Origin: Candidatus Omnitrophota bacterium
GTDB lineage: Bacteria; Omnitrophota; Gorgyraeia; JAGLLT01
Assembly: GCA_030632085.1 (NCBI GenBank)
Contig: DAOVJY010000003.1
Span: forward strand, 23,809-87,808
Length of the DNA stretch: 64,000 bases
Direction: 5' to 3'
Notes under the pieces: generated by a model
Seen by the model: only the letters and a program-made list of their open reading frames with translations
Told to the model about the DNA's origin: nothing
Databases searched by the model: none
Program-made: the position numbers and the translations under genes
Shown here: positions 55,916 through 64,000 of the stretch, piece after piece
Layout: each line of letters begins with the position of its first letter
Numbering within the stretch: position 1 is the stretch's first letter

Positions 55916-56206
55916 ATGAAAAAAAAGAATAAGCATATAGGCAGTAATTTTGATAATTTTCTCCAGAAAGAAGGTATATTAGAGGAAGCACAGGCCGCGG
56001 CCGCTAAAAGAGTTATTGCGTTTCAGATCCAAAAGATTATGAAAGAAAAACACATCACTAAAACAGAGATGACGAACCGAATGCATATAAAAGGCCGTAT
56101 GCAATTAAATAGATTGCTTGATCCAACCAACAAGTCTGTAACCCTTTTGACGTTAGAAAAAGCTGCTACCGCGCTTGGTAAAAACTTAAAAGTTCAGTTT
56201 GTCTAA
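55916..56206 (+). CDS. XRE/HTH antitoxin
   Basis: HIGSNFDNFL, RLLDP...VTLLTLEKAA. Confidence 0.88.
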   Translation: MKKKNKHIGSNFDNFLQKEGILEEAQAAAAKRVIAFQIQKIMKEKHITKTEMTNRMHIKGRMQLNRLLDPTNKSVTLLTLEKAATALGKNLKVQFV

Positions 56207-56419
56207 ATTTTTTCAATAAAAAAATAAGTGGCGCCCAATTAGCATAGAGTATAACCGTATTTCTAATGCTTGTTTTTTTGTAATGCGTCCCCCACACAAA
56301 TGATTACAAAAAAGTTTTTACAGCAGTCCTACCCGAGGAATCAATTCAACACATCCTCGCGATAATAAATTGTAGGTTGTTTTTATTTAAGTGTATAACG
56401 ATATAAAAAGAGAAAGTAT

Positions 56420-57661
56420 ATGAAAGATAAAAGTATAGTAGTTATAGGCGGCGGGCCGGCCGGGATGATGGCGGCTATTAGAGCTTCACAGCTTAAGTGG
56501 AATGTTATTTTAATTGAGAAAAATCAAGAGTTGGGCAAGAAGCTTCTTTTAACCGGTAAAGGGCGCTGTAATTTGACCAATGCTTCAGATTTAGAAAGTT
56601 TTATTAAGAGCTTTTCGGGCAACGGTAAGTTTTTAAGGGATGCTTTTAAAGCTTTTTCTAATTTGGATTTGATAAATTTTTTTGAAAATAGGGGAGTAAA
56701 ACTAAAAACGGAAAGGCAGCAGCGTGTTTTTCCGGCAAGCGATAAAGCCATAGATATTCTTGATGCTTTACGAGGAGAGTTAAAGAAAAATAAGGTCAAA
56801 ATACAGTATAATTCGGAAGTTGAAAATATTGTTATTAGAAATAATAAGGTTGATGGCATAGAAGTTAAAGGTAAAAAGAGTATTTTATGTGACGCGATTA
56901 TTTTAAGTACCGGAGGAGTTTCGTATGCTTCTACGGGTTCTTCAGGTGAAGGTTTAAAAATGGTTGAGCGGGTAGGCCATAAAATAATTAGTTTAAGGCC
57001 GGGGTTAATTGGGTTGATGACCAAAGATAAGTACCCCCGGCTTTTACAGGGCCTGCCCCTAAAAAACATTAGAATAACATTTTCTGATGGTAAGAAGAAA
57101 ATAACTTCTGAAATAGGGGAGCTTATGTTTACTGACTTTGGAATATCCGGGCCCCTGGTTTTAACATTGAGCGGGCCGGTAGTTGATTCACTTAAAGCAG
57201 GTAAAAAGGTTTCAGCTTTTATTGATTTAAAACCGGCTTTATCGGAGAAACAAATAGATGCCCGCTTTTTAAGAGAATTTAAGACAAACCCTAAAAAAAG
57301 TATTAAGTATTTTCTTGGGGGCATGTTGCCTTTGCGGCTAATAGATATCTTTTTGGAGATGTCTGATATAAGCCCTGATAAAACCGTTAGTCAAATCACC
57401 CAGCAGGAAAGAAGAAAATTATTACTTTTATTTAAGGCATTGCCTCTTGAAATATCTAAGCCCAGGCCTATTAATATGGCTATGATTACCAAAGGGGGCA
57501 TTTCCTTAAAAGAGATAAATCCCAAAACGATGGAGTCGCGCCTTATAAAAAGGTTATATTTCGCGGGAGAGATTATAGATGTTGATGCTAATACCGGCGG
57601 GTTTAACTTGCAGTCCGCCTTTTCAACCGGCTATTTAGCGGGCGAGAGTGCCGCTAAATAA
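56420..57661 (+). CDS. HI0933/BaiN family flavoprotein
   Basis: GGGPAGMMAA, TGKGRCNLTN, TGGFNLQSAFSTG. Confidence 0.92.
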   Translation: MKDKSIVVIGGGPAGMMAAIRASQLKWNVILIEKNQELGKKLLLTGKGRCNLTNASDLESFIKSFSGNGKFLRDAFKAFSNLDLINFFENRGVKLKTERQQRVFPASDKAIDILDALRGELKKNKVKIQYNSEVENIVIRNNKVDGIEVKGKKSILCDAIILSTGGVSYASTGSSGEGLKMVERVGHKIISLRPGLIGLMTKDKYPRLLQGLPLKNIRITFSDGKKKITSEIGELMFTDFGISGPLVLTLSGPVVDSLKAGKKVSAFIDLKPALSEKQIDARFLREFKTNPKKSIKYFLGGMLPLRLIDIFLEMSDISPDKTVSQITQQERRKLLLLFKALPLEISKPRPINMAMITKGGISLKEINPKTMESRLIKRLYFAGEIIDVDANTGGFNLQSAFSTGYLAGESAAK

Positions 57662-57733
57662 ATTTTTTATTAATTTTATGGTGTATAATGAATGCTAAAG
57701 ATATCCAAATAACTAACGGAGGTAGCGATCAGT

Positions 57734-58204
57734 ATGAAAACTGTCTATCTAACCAGAGAAGGTTATGAGAAATTAAGAGACGAACTGGAATATTTACAAA
57801 CGGTTAAACGCAGAGAGTTGTCCCGGGCCATAGGAACAGCCAGAGACCATGGAGATATAAGTGAAAACGCTGAATATGATGCCGCTAAAGAGGAACAGGG
57901 CCTTAATGAGCTAAGGATTGCAAAATTAGAAGGAAACTTAACCCATGTACGTATAATTGACGATGAAGATCTTGCTTCAGATGAAGTTTTGATAGGGGCT
58001 ACGGTTAAATTAAAAAATTTAGATTCCGGCGATGAGTTAGAATATACTTTAGTCTCAGAGATAGAAGCCGACTATGATCAGGGTAAGATATCCGTAACTT
58101 CTCCCGTAGGTAAAGGCCTGATAGGCCATAAAGAAAAAGAAGTAGTTGAGATAGAAGTACCGGTTGGAATTTTAAAATACAAGATACTAAAAATATCGAG
58201 ATAA
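57734..58204 (+). CDS. greA: Transcription elongation factor GreA
   Basis: HGDISENAEYDAAKEEQ, ISVTSPVG. Confidence 0.96.
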   Translation: MKTVYLTREGYEKLRDELEYLQTVKRRELSRAIGTARDHGDISENAEYDAAKEEQGLNELRIAKLEGNLTHVRIIDDEDLASDEVLIGATVKLKNLDSGDELEYTLVSEIEADYDQGKISVTSPVGKGLIGHKEKEVVEIEVPVGILKYKILKISR

Positions 58205-58372
58205 AAAGTATCTGAAAAACTCCCCCAATTTTTGTTTTTTCAAGCCTGTATGCTATAATTCAATTAATAAAAATTTTTAATATTTCGAAGAAAAAGAATT
58301 TCATATTCTAATGTGAGGGCATTTTTTTTACATCTAAAACGGTTTTTTTCTTACATCTTTTAACAAAGGAGT

Positions 58373-59968
58373 GTGTTTATGAGACCTTCAGAAGAGAAGA
58401 AATATGAAAGCTTAAGCCCTTTTGAGTTAAAGAACAAACTTATCGGAATGGCTGAGACACGCCATGAGAAAATGATGCTTAATGCCGGCCGCGGAAATCC
58501 CAATTGGCTGGCGGTGGAAGCCAGGGAAGCCTTTTTCAGGTTCGGGTTATTTGCTTTAAGGGAGTCAGAGAAAAACTTGATTAAAGCCGGTTTTGGCGGT
58601 ATGGCTTCAAAGAAGGGTATTGCTAAAAGATTTGAAAAATATGCCTCAGTACATAAAAACGAAAGAGGCATGGCTTTTTTGAAGAAGGCGTATGCTTATG
58701 TCAAAAAAGAGCTTAAAATTAATGGTGATGATTTTATCTTTGAATTGGTTGATGGCATCTTAGGCGACCATTATCCAACTCCCGACAGAATGCTTTCTAT
58801 TTGCGAAAGAATAGTCCATAGATATTTAGAACAGGAGATGTGGAAAAACAATAAAAAGATAGGTAAATTTGACTTATTTGCCACTGAGGGCGGCACAGCA
58901 GCTATGGATTATATCTTTACTTCCTTAATGGAGAATAAACTTTTGCATAAACATGATAAAATTGCCCTGGGTACTCCTATATTTACGCCATATTTGGAAA
59001 TTCCCCGACTAAACGACTATGAATTTATAGAGCTTGAAATTAAGCAGGACGAGAATAAAATGTGGCAGTATTCAGACAAAGAAATTGATAAACTAAAAGA
59101 CCCCAAAGTCAAAGCTTTCTTTTTAGTTCATCCGTCCAATCCTACCTCTATGGCCATGCATCCAAAAACTTTAAAGAAAATAGGTGATTTGGTAAAAAAT
59201 AAAAGGAATGATTTGATTCTTTTAACTGATGATGTCTACGGCACTTTTGTTAATGATTTTAAATCATTGGCGGCGGTTGCTCCGAAAAACACTATCTTGG
59301 TTTATTCATTTTCCAAATACTTTGGAGCTACAGGTTGGAGACTGGGCGTTATAGGTATGCACGAGGATAATGTATTTGATAAAAAAATTAAGGCATTACC
59401 TAAAATTCAAAGAAATAAACTGTATAAAAGATATAAATCTGTAATTCTTAATCCAAATAAAATGAAGCTTATCGATAGAATGGTTGCTGATAGCCGTTCG
59501 GTGGCTCTTAATCATACGGCGGGGCTTTCGACTCCGCAGCAGGTTTTGATGACCATGTTTTCCTTGTTCTGCCTGGTGGATAAAAAGAATGTTTATAAAA
59601 AGAGAGCCCAAAATATTATAAAAGAAAGAATTAAAGATTTGTATAAAGGTGTTGGGATACCTCATCCGGATAATCGTTATGATGCCCATTACTATGCTAC
59701 CATTGATATACCTGTTTTGGCCCGGAAGAGATATTCTAAGGAGTTTAGTAAATATCTTATAAAGAATTTTGAACCTATAGATTTTGTCATGAGATTGGCT
59801 GAGGAAAAATCTGTTGTTTTATTAGACGGAGGTGGTTTTGACGCGCCTAATATGTCAGTCAGGGCTTCTCTGGCTAATTTACCGGATAAAGATTATTTAA
59901 AAATAGGTAAAGCCATAGATGAGCTTTTGGCGGAGTATTATGGAGAGTGGCGTAAAAACAAGAAATAA
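58373..59968 (+). CDS. aspD: Aspartate 4-decarboxylase
   Basis: LSPFELKN, LNAGRGNPNW, EGGTAAM, DDVYGTF, SFSKYFGATGWRLG. Confidence 0.93.
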   Translation: MFMRPSEEKKYESLSPFELKNKLIGMAETRHEKMMLNAGRGNPNWLAVEAREAFFRFGLFALRESEKNLIKAGFGGMASKKGIAKRFEKYASVHKNERGMAFLKKAYAYVKKELKINGDDFIFELVDGILGDHYPTPDRMLSICERIVHRYLEQEMWKNNKKIGKFDLFATEGGTAAMDYIFTSLMENKLLHKHDKIALGTPIFTPYLEIPRLNDYEFIELEIKQDENKMWQYSDKEIDKLKDPKVKAFFLVHPSNPTSMAMHPKTLKKIGDLVKNKRNDLILLTDDVYGTFVNDFKSLAAVAPKNTILVYSFSKYFGATGWRLGVIGMHEDNVFDKKIKALPKIQRNKLYKRYKSVILNPNKMKLIDRMVADSRSVALNHTAGLSTPQQVLMTMFSLFCLVDKKNVYKKRAQNIIKERIKDLYKGVGIPHPDNRYDAHYYATIDIPVLARKRYSKEFSKYLIKNFEPIDFVMRLAEEKSVVLLDGGGFDAPNMSVRASLANLPDKDYLKIGKAIDELLAEYYGEWRKNKK

Positions 59969-59985
59969 ATAAAAGGAGCACTTTT

Positions 59986-61668
59986 ATGTGGCAGGATATA
60001 GTAAAAATTTGTCAAGCTAATCCGCAAATAGTTATTTTTCTGGCTGTGGCCATTGGTTATGCCATTGGCAAATTAAAATTTCGAGGTATCAGTCTCGGAG
60101 CCACTACAGGTGTGCTTATAACCGCTTTAGTCTTAGGTCAAATAGCCATAGATGTACCTGCCATATTTCAGGCGGTATTTTTTGCTCTTTTTATGTTTAG
60201 CATCGGCTATAGAGTTGGGCCCCAGTTTTTTGGAGGCCTTAAGAAAGAAGGCCTGCATTATTTAATGATATCTCTTGTGGTGGCGGTTTCAGGCCTGGTG
60301 ATGGCTATTATTTTAGGTAAAGCCTTTGGATTTGATAAAGGCACAACTGCCGGCTTATTAGGCGGGGCTATGACTCAGTCCTCAGTTATTGGGACAGCCC
60401 AAGGGGCTATTAACCAATTGGCCGGGATAACAGAAGCCCAAAGAAGTTCTCTGGATAGCAATGTGGCCGTGGCCTATGCCATAACTTACATTTTTGGAAC
60501 GGCGGGTTTAGTTGTTCTTTTTAGAATTTTACCTAAGATATTAAGAATTGATTTAAAGGCTGAAGCTAAAATTGTAGAAAAAGAACTTTCCGGCACAGAT
60601 GATGACACCGAAGAGACTGAATTTTTCTCTTGGCATAAAAGTCTTGATATGCGGGCTTATAAAGCTGTAAACAAAACAGCTATAGGTAAGAAAGTATCAG
60701 AAATAGAGGAAGCATTAAAAGGCCAGTTAGCTGTCGATCGCTTTAAAAGAAACGGCAGGGTACTAGATTCAACTCCTGATATGGTTATAGAAAAAGACGA
60801 TATACTGGTTTTAGTTGGCAGAAGGACTGAGTTTCCGGAAGCTACAAATATAATTGGGCCTGAAGTTGATGATAAAAAAGCGGAAGATATTACCGGAGAG
60901 ATTCTAAGTGTTTGTGTGACCAAGAGGGAAGTTTTCGGCAGGAAATTAGGTAGCTTTGACAGAAAAATTACCCACGGGGTTTTTTTAAAAAAGATTACCC
61001 GCCAGGGGCATGAAATACCCATCGCAAAAAACACAATTATAGAAAAATGCGATGTTTTAGAGATCGCAGGTGCCAAAGAAGATGTTGAACGTTTAGTTGA
61101 CCTCATTGGTTATCCGGAAAGACCCACAATAGAGACTGATTTAATTACTGTGGCCGCTGGATGTTTTTTGGGTACCCTTGTAGGGTTATTGGCTTTTAAG
61201 GTTGGCGGAGTCCCTATAACCTTGGGAGTCGGAGGGGGAGTATTGGCCGCCGGTTTGGTTTTTGGCTGGTTGAGGTCCGTTCATCCGACATTCGGGCAAA
61301 TTCCCGGTGGGGCTCAATGGATATTTTCAGATTTAGGCCTTAACCTTTTTATCGCCAGTGTTGGTTTAAGCGCCGGGCCGCAGGCTTTAGCAGCTCTTAA
61401 GACCACCGGCGGTTCATTGTTTATAGCTGGGATGATTTTAACTTTATTCCCTATTGTAATGGGACTTATTTATGGTAAAGTTTTTCTTAAAATGAATCCG
61501 GCCCTTTTATTCGGGGCTCTCTGCGGAGCGGAGACGGTAACGGCTGCTCTAAATTCTGTTAGAGAGGTAGCCGACAGCAATGTTCCTACAATTAGTTATA
61601 CGGTTTGTTATGCTTTTGGTAATGTAATTCTTACCATATGGGGCAGTATTCTTATTAATATAATGTAG
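59986..61668 (+). CDS. aspT: Aspartate:alanine antiporter
   Basis: Duplicated TM domain with central TrkA-C domains; adjacent to aspD. Confidence 0.9.
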   Translation: MWQDIVKICQANPQIVIFLAVAIGYAIGKLKFRGISLGATTGVLITALVLGQIAIDVPAIFQAVFFALFMFSIGYRVGPQFFGGLKKEGLHYLMISLVVAVSGLVMAIILGKAFGFDKGTTAGLLGGAMTQSSVIGTAQGAINQLAGITEAQRSSLDSNVAVAYAITYIFGTAGLVVLFRILPKILRIDLKAEAKIVEKELSGTDDDTEETEFFSWHKSLDMRAYKAVNKTAIGKKVSEIEEALKGQLAVDRFKRNGRVLDSTPDMVIEKDDILVLVGRRTEFPEATNIIGPEVDDKKAEDITGEILSVCVTKREVFGRKLGSFDRKITHGVFLKKITRQGHEIPIAKNTIIEKCDVLEIAGAKEDVERLVDLIGYPERPTIETDLITVAAGCFLGTLVGLLAFKVGGVPITLGVGGGVLAAGLVFGWLRSVHPTFGQIPGGAQWIFSDLGLNLFIASVGLSAGPQALAALKTTGGSLFIAGMILTLFPIVMGLIYGKVFLKMNPALLFGALCGAETVTAALNSVREVADSNVPTISYTVCYAFGNVILTIWGSILINIM

Positions 61669-61744
61669 AATTAATTACACCCTTTTTTACAATATGGATA
61701 AACCCCTCAAATTAGAGAGAGGATTATTTTTTAGAGGTTAGTTT

Positions 61745-62017
61745 ATGATTTGGTATGTTTATCTTTTGGTCTGCAGTGACAAGTCAATTTATACAGGCGT
61801 AACTCCCGATTTAAAAAGGCGCTTAAGGCAACACAATGCCGGTTGCGCGAGTAAATATACCAGAAGCCGCCTTCCCGTAAAAATAGTATATTTTGAAAAA
61901 CACACCTCTAAGAGCAGTGCCTTAAAGAAAGAAGCTCAAATTAAAAAATTGAGCCGCAAGAGAAAAATAGATTTATATTGTACCTATATAGAATCAAGGA
62001 ATCTGTTTTTGTTATGA
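61745..62017 (+). CDS. GIY-YIG nuclease (UPF0213)
   Basis: YVYLL...YTGVT.DLKRRLRQHNAG..SKYTR. Confidence 0.88.
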   Translation: MIWYVYLLVCSDKSIYTGVTPDLKRRLRQHNAGCASKYTRSRLPVKIVYFEKHTSKSSALKKEAQIKKLSRKRKIDLYCTYIESRNLFLL

Positions 62018-62259
62018 CATTTATGATTTTGGGCCTGTAGGCCATTTTTTCATCCTTCTTTTTAAACTTTTTTACGATTCGCAGGTGAAAAAAATAACAT
62101 AAAATTTAGTTGACAAATTATAAATTATCAGCTATAATTTTAAAACAGGTAAACAAGAGCACGTGGTTTTAATCGCAGGGGCAGGAACGTTCGCCTTGCG
62201 ATTTTTTCTATTTTGCTGAGGTTTGCTAAGTTATAGGGAAAGAGAGGTAACAATTAACA

Positions 62260-62460
62260 ATGGAAAATGGTACAGTTAAATGGTTTAATAACCAAAAAGG
62301 TTATGGCTTTATTAGTCTTGAATCAGGTAAGGAAGTATTTGTGCATCATAGCGCTATTTCAGGTGACGGCTTTAAGTCTTTGGAAGAAAGCCAGAAAGTT
62401 GAATGCGAAGTACAGAATGGCCCTAAAGGTGAACAGGCTGTAAACGTGGTTAAAGTATAA
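62260..62460 (+). CDS. cspA: Cold-shock protein
   Basis: GTVKWF...KGYGFI...FVHHS. Confidence 0.95.
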   Translation: MENGTVKWFNNQKGYGFISLESGKEVFVHHSAISGDGFKSLEESQKVECEVQNGPKGEQAVNVVKV

Positions 62461-62696
62461 CCAAAAAAATCATATAAGGCTCGCAACGATGCGGGCCTTA
62501 TTTTTTTGTCTATTTTTAAACCCCTTATCACAAAAAAGATAAGGGTTTATTTTTTACAATTTTTTAAATAACCAATGAATATGATTAATAATTTTGACTT
62601 TTAAGGCTCCCTTTGATAAAATATGCTGGAGGGATTTTTTGTCTATTACCGTGAATTATGTATTATCGCGGTACTATTAATTTTGAAAGGGGAATC

Positions 62697-63152
62697 ATGA
62701 AAACAATATTATCAGTAACAATCTGTTTATTTTTTCTGGCCAGTTTCGCGCAGGCTTCTTCAATGGATGATAAAGGGGTGCGTAAAGCACCTAACGTATA
62801 TTGTACGATATCCAGTATGGATGAACTGCCGGAAAGACGAATAGAATTAAATAATAAGGTTATAAAATTAAAAATCACAGCTTACGAAGATCTTACCCAA
62901 TTAACCGAAGATTTATATACGGCCCGAGTTTACACTAATAAACGTTGGAATGAGTATGCTGAGGCAGTTTTTAATGCTTGCGGCAAAGAGTGCATAAAGG
63001 ATTTGGATAAATACTATGGTGACAAAGGCAGATTTACTTCACATACTATATACGCGATAGTTAGTTATGAAAATGATATTCCGAAACTTGATATATTAGG
63101 CAATAAATGCCTTAAGGATTTTAGAGACAAGAGTAATTATAGTTGGAAGTAA
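62697..63152 (+). CDS. Secreted hypothetical protein
   Basis: Signal peptide MKTILSVTICLFFLASFAQA from ATG at 62697. Confidence 0.6.
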   Translation: MKTILSVTICLFFLASFAQASSMDDKGVRKAPNVYCTISSMDELPERRIELNNKVIKLKITAYEDLTQLTEDLYTARVYTNKRWNEYAEAVFNACGKECIKDLDKYYGDKGRFTSHTIYAIVSYENDIPKLDILGNKCLKDFRDKSNYSWK

Positions 63153-63202
63153 GAAGAATGCTACAATGTTTTTTATAAAAAATAAATAGCAGGAGGGTCA
63201 CA

Positions 63203-64000
63203 ATGTCACCTAAAGCCGTCAATAAAGGAATTGAAAATTTAAGGAAAAAAGGGAGTAAGATTTATTCTGAGGGGCCGCAGATGCTTCCTAATATTTCCCT
63301 AATGCTGGCCGGGGGAGTAATTAAAAAAATCAAGGACTGCAAGAAACCTTTTATAACTATAGTCAATTCATATACAACCCAAGTGCCCGGACATGCCCAC
63401 CTTGATAAAATCGGAGAGATCGTAAAAAGTGAACTTGAAAAACAGGGAGTTAATGTCTGGTATACCAATATCGGAGGAGCTATCTGTGACGGTATAGCTA
63501 TGGGACATTTTGGCATGAAATATTCCCTGGCTTCACGTGAACTTATTGTTGATCAGATAGAGACTATTATAGGGGCACATCCTTGTGATGCCTGGATAGG
63601 CATAGGAAACTGCGATAAGATTGTACCCGGTATGTATAATGCTATGGCTAGATTAAATATACCGGCTATTTATTTAAGCGGCGGGCCGATGTTAGCCGGT
63701 TGTGGTAATACTGACTTAATATCGGTTTTTGAAGGAGTTGGGGCTAATTCAGCCGGTAAAATGTCAAAGAGCGAATTAGAGCACCTAGCTGAAGTTGCCT
63801 GCCCCGGTTACGGCAGCTGTTCAGGTATGTTTACAGCTAATTCCATGAATTGTTTAGGTGAGGTTTTGGGTTTTGCGCTCCCCGGAAACGGTACTATAAC
63901 AGCCACAAAAAAACAAAAAGGCAAAATAAGACAGTTTAAGCTTAACCCCAAGAGAGCAAAATTAGCCAAGGAAGCCGTTCATACTCTTATTAAATTGCTA
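63203..64000 (+). CDS. ilvD: Dihydroxy-acid dehydratase (3'-truncated by window edge)
   Basis: AGGAGG RBS; PGHAHL, CDGIAMGHFGMKYSL, NCDKIVPG, GSCSGMFTANSMNC. Confidence 0.93.
   Translation, partial: MSPKAVNKGIENLRKKGSKIYSEGPQMLPNISLMLAGGVIKKIKDCKKPFITIVNSYTTQVPGHAHLDKIGEIVKSELEKQGVNVWYTNIGGAICDGIAMGHFGMKYSLASRELIVDQIETIIGAHPCDAWIGIGNCDKIVPGMYNAMARLNIPAIYLSGGPMLAGCGNTDLISVFEGVGANSAGKMSKSELEHLAEVACPGYGSCSGMFTANSMNCLGEVLGFALPGNGTITATKKQKGKIRQFKLNPKRAKLAKEAVHTLIKLL

Noticed and set aside
56524-57324. 266-aa minus-strand ORF and similar antisense ORFs (e.g. 47457-47960, 52564-53046, 60657-61106)
   Set aside because: Shadows of well-supported plus-strand genes with no recognisable motifs.

Overview
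Low-GC bacterial chromosomal window, probably from an anaerobe; an Omnitrophota-like host is an inference only. The backbone carries four tRNAs (Ser-GCT, Arg-ACG, Ser-GGA, Asn-GTT), tadA, a Rex-headed trimeric [FeFe]-hydrogenase cluster with hydFGE, fused pabBC, dnaX-recR, an ABC-F ATPase, two csp genes, greA, aspD-aspT and the start of ilvD. Two tRNA-anchored islands interrupt it. Island 1 (about 2.5-14.4 kb, tRNA-Ser, phage-type tyrosine integrase) carries a five-cassette integron-type attC array with no IntI, followed by a RadC-N / MTase-nuclease / MTase / OLD nuclease operon. Island 2 (about 39.9-50.0 kb, tRNA-Asn, large serine recombinase) carries a HEPN-Zn-ribbon gene, a small-protein plus caspase-fold protease operon and a GHKL/MORC-type ATPase operon. 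It is followed by tRNA-linked repeats bracketing a NYN nuclease with an upstream short terminated RNA. The two islands share a similar HTH plus triple-operator control region. Also notable are a 2097-aa membrane-fused GH94, a GH144-like glucanase and duplications of tRNA 5' ends. All calls come from manual motif reading; no database searches were run.
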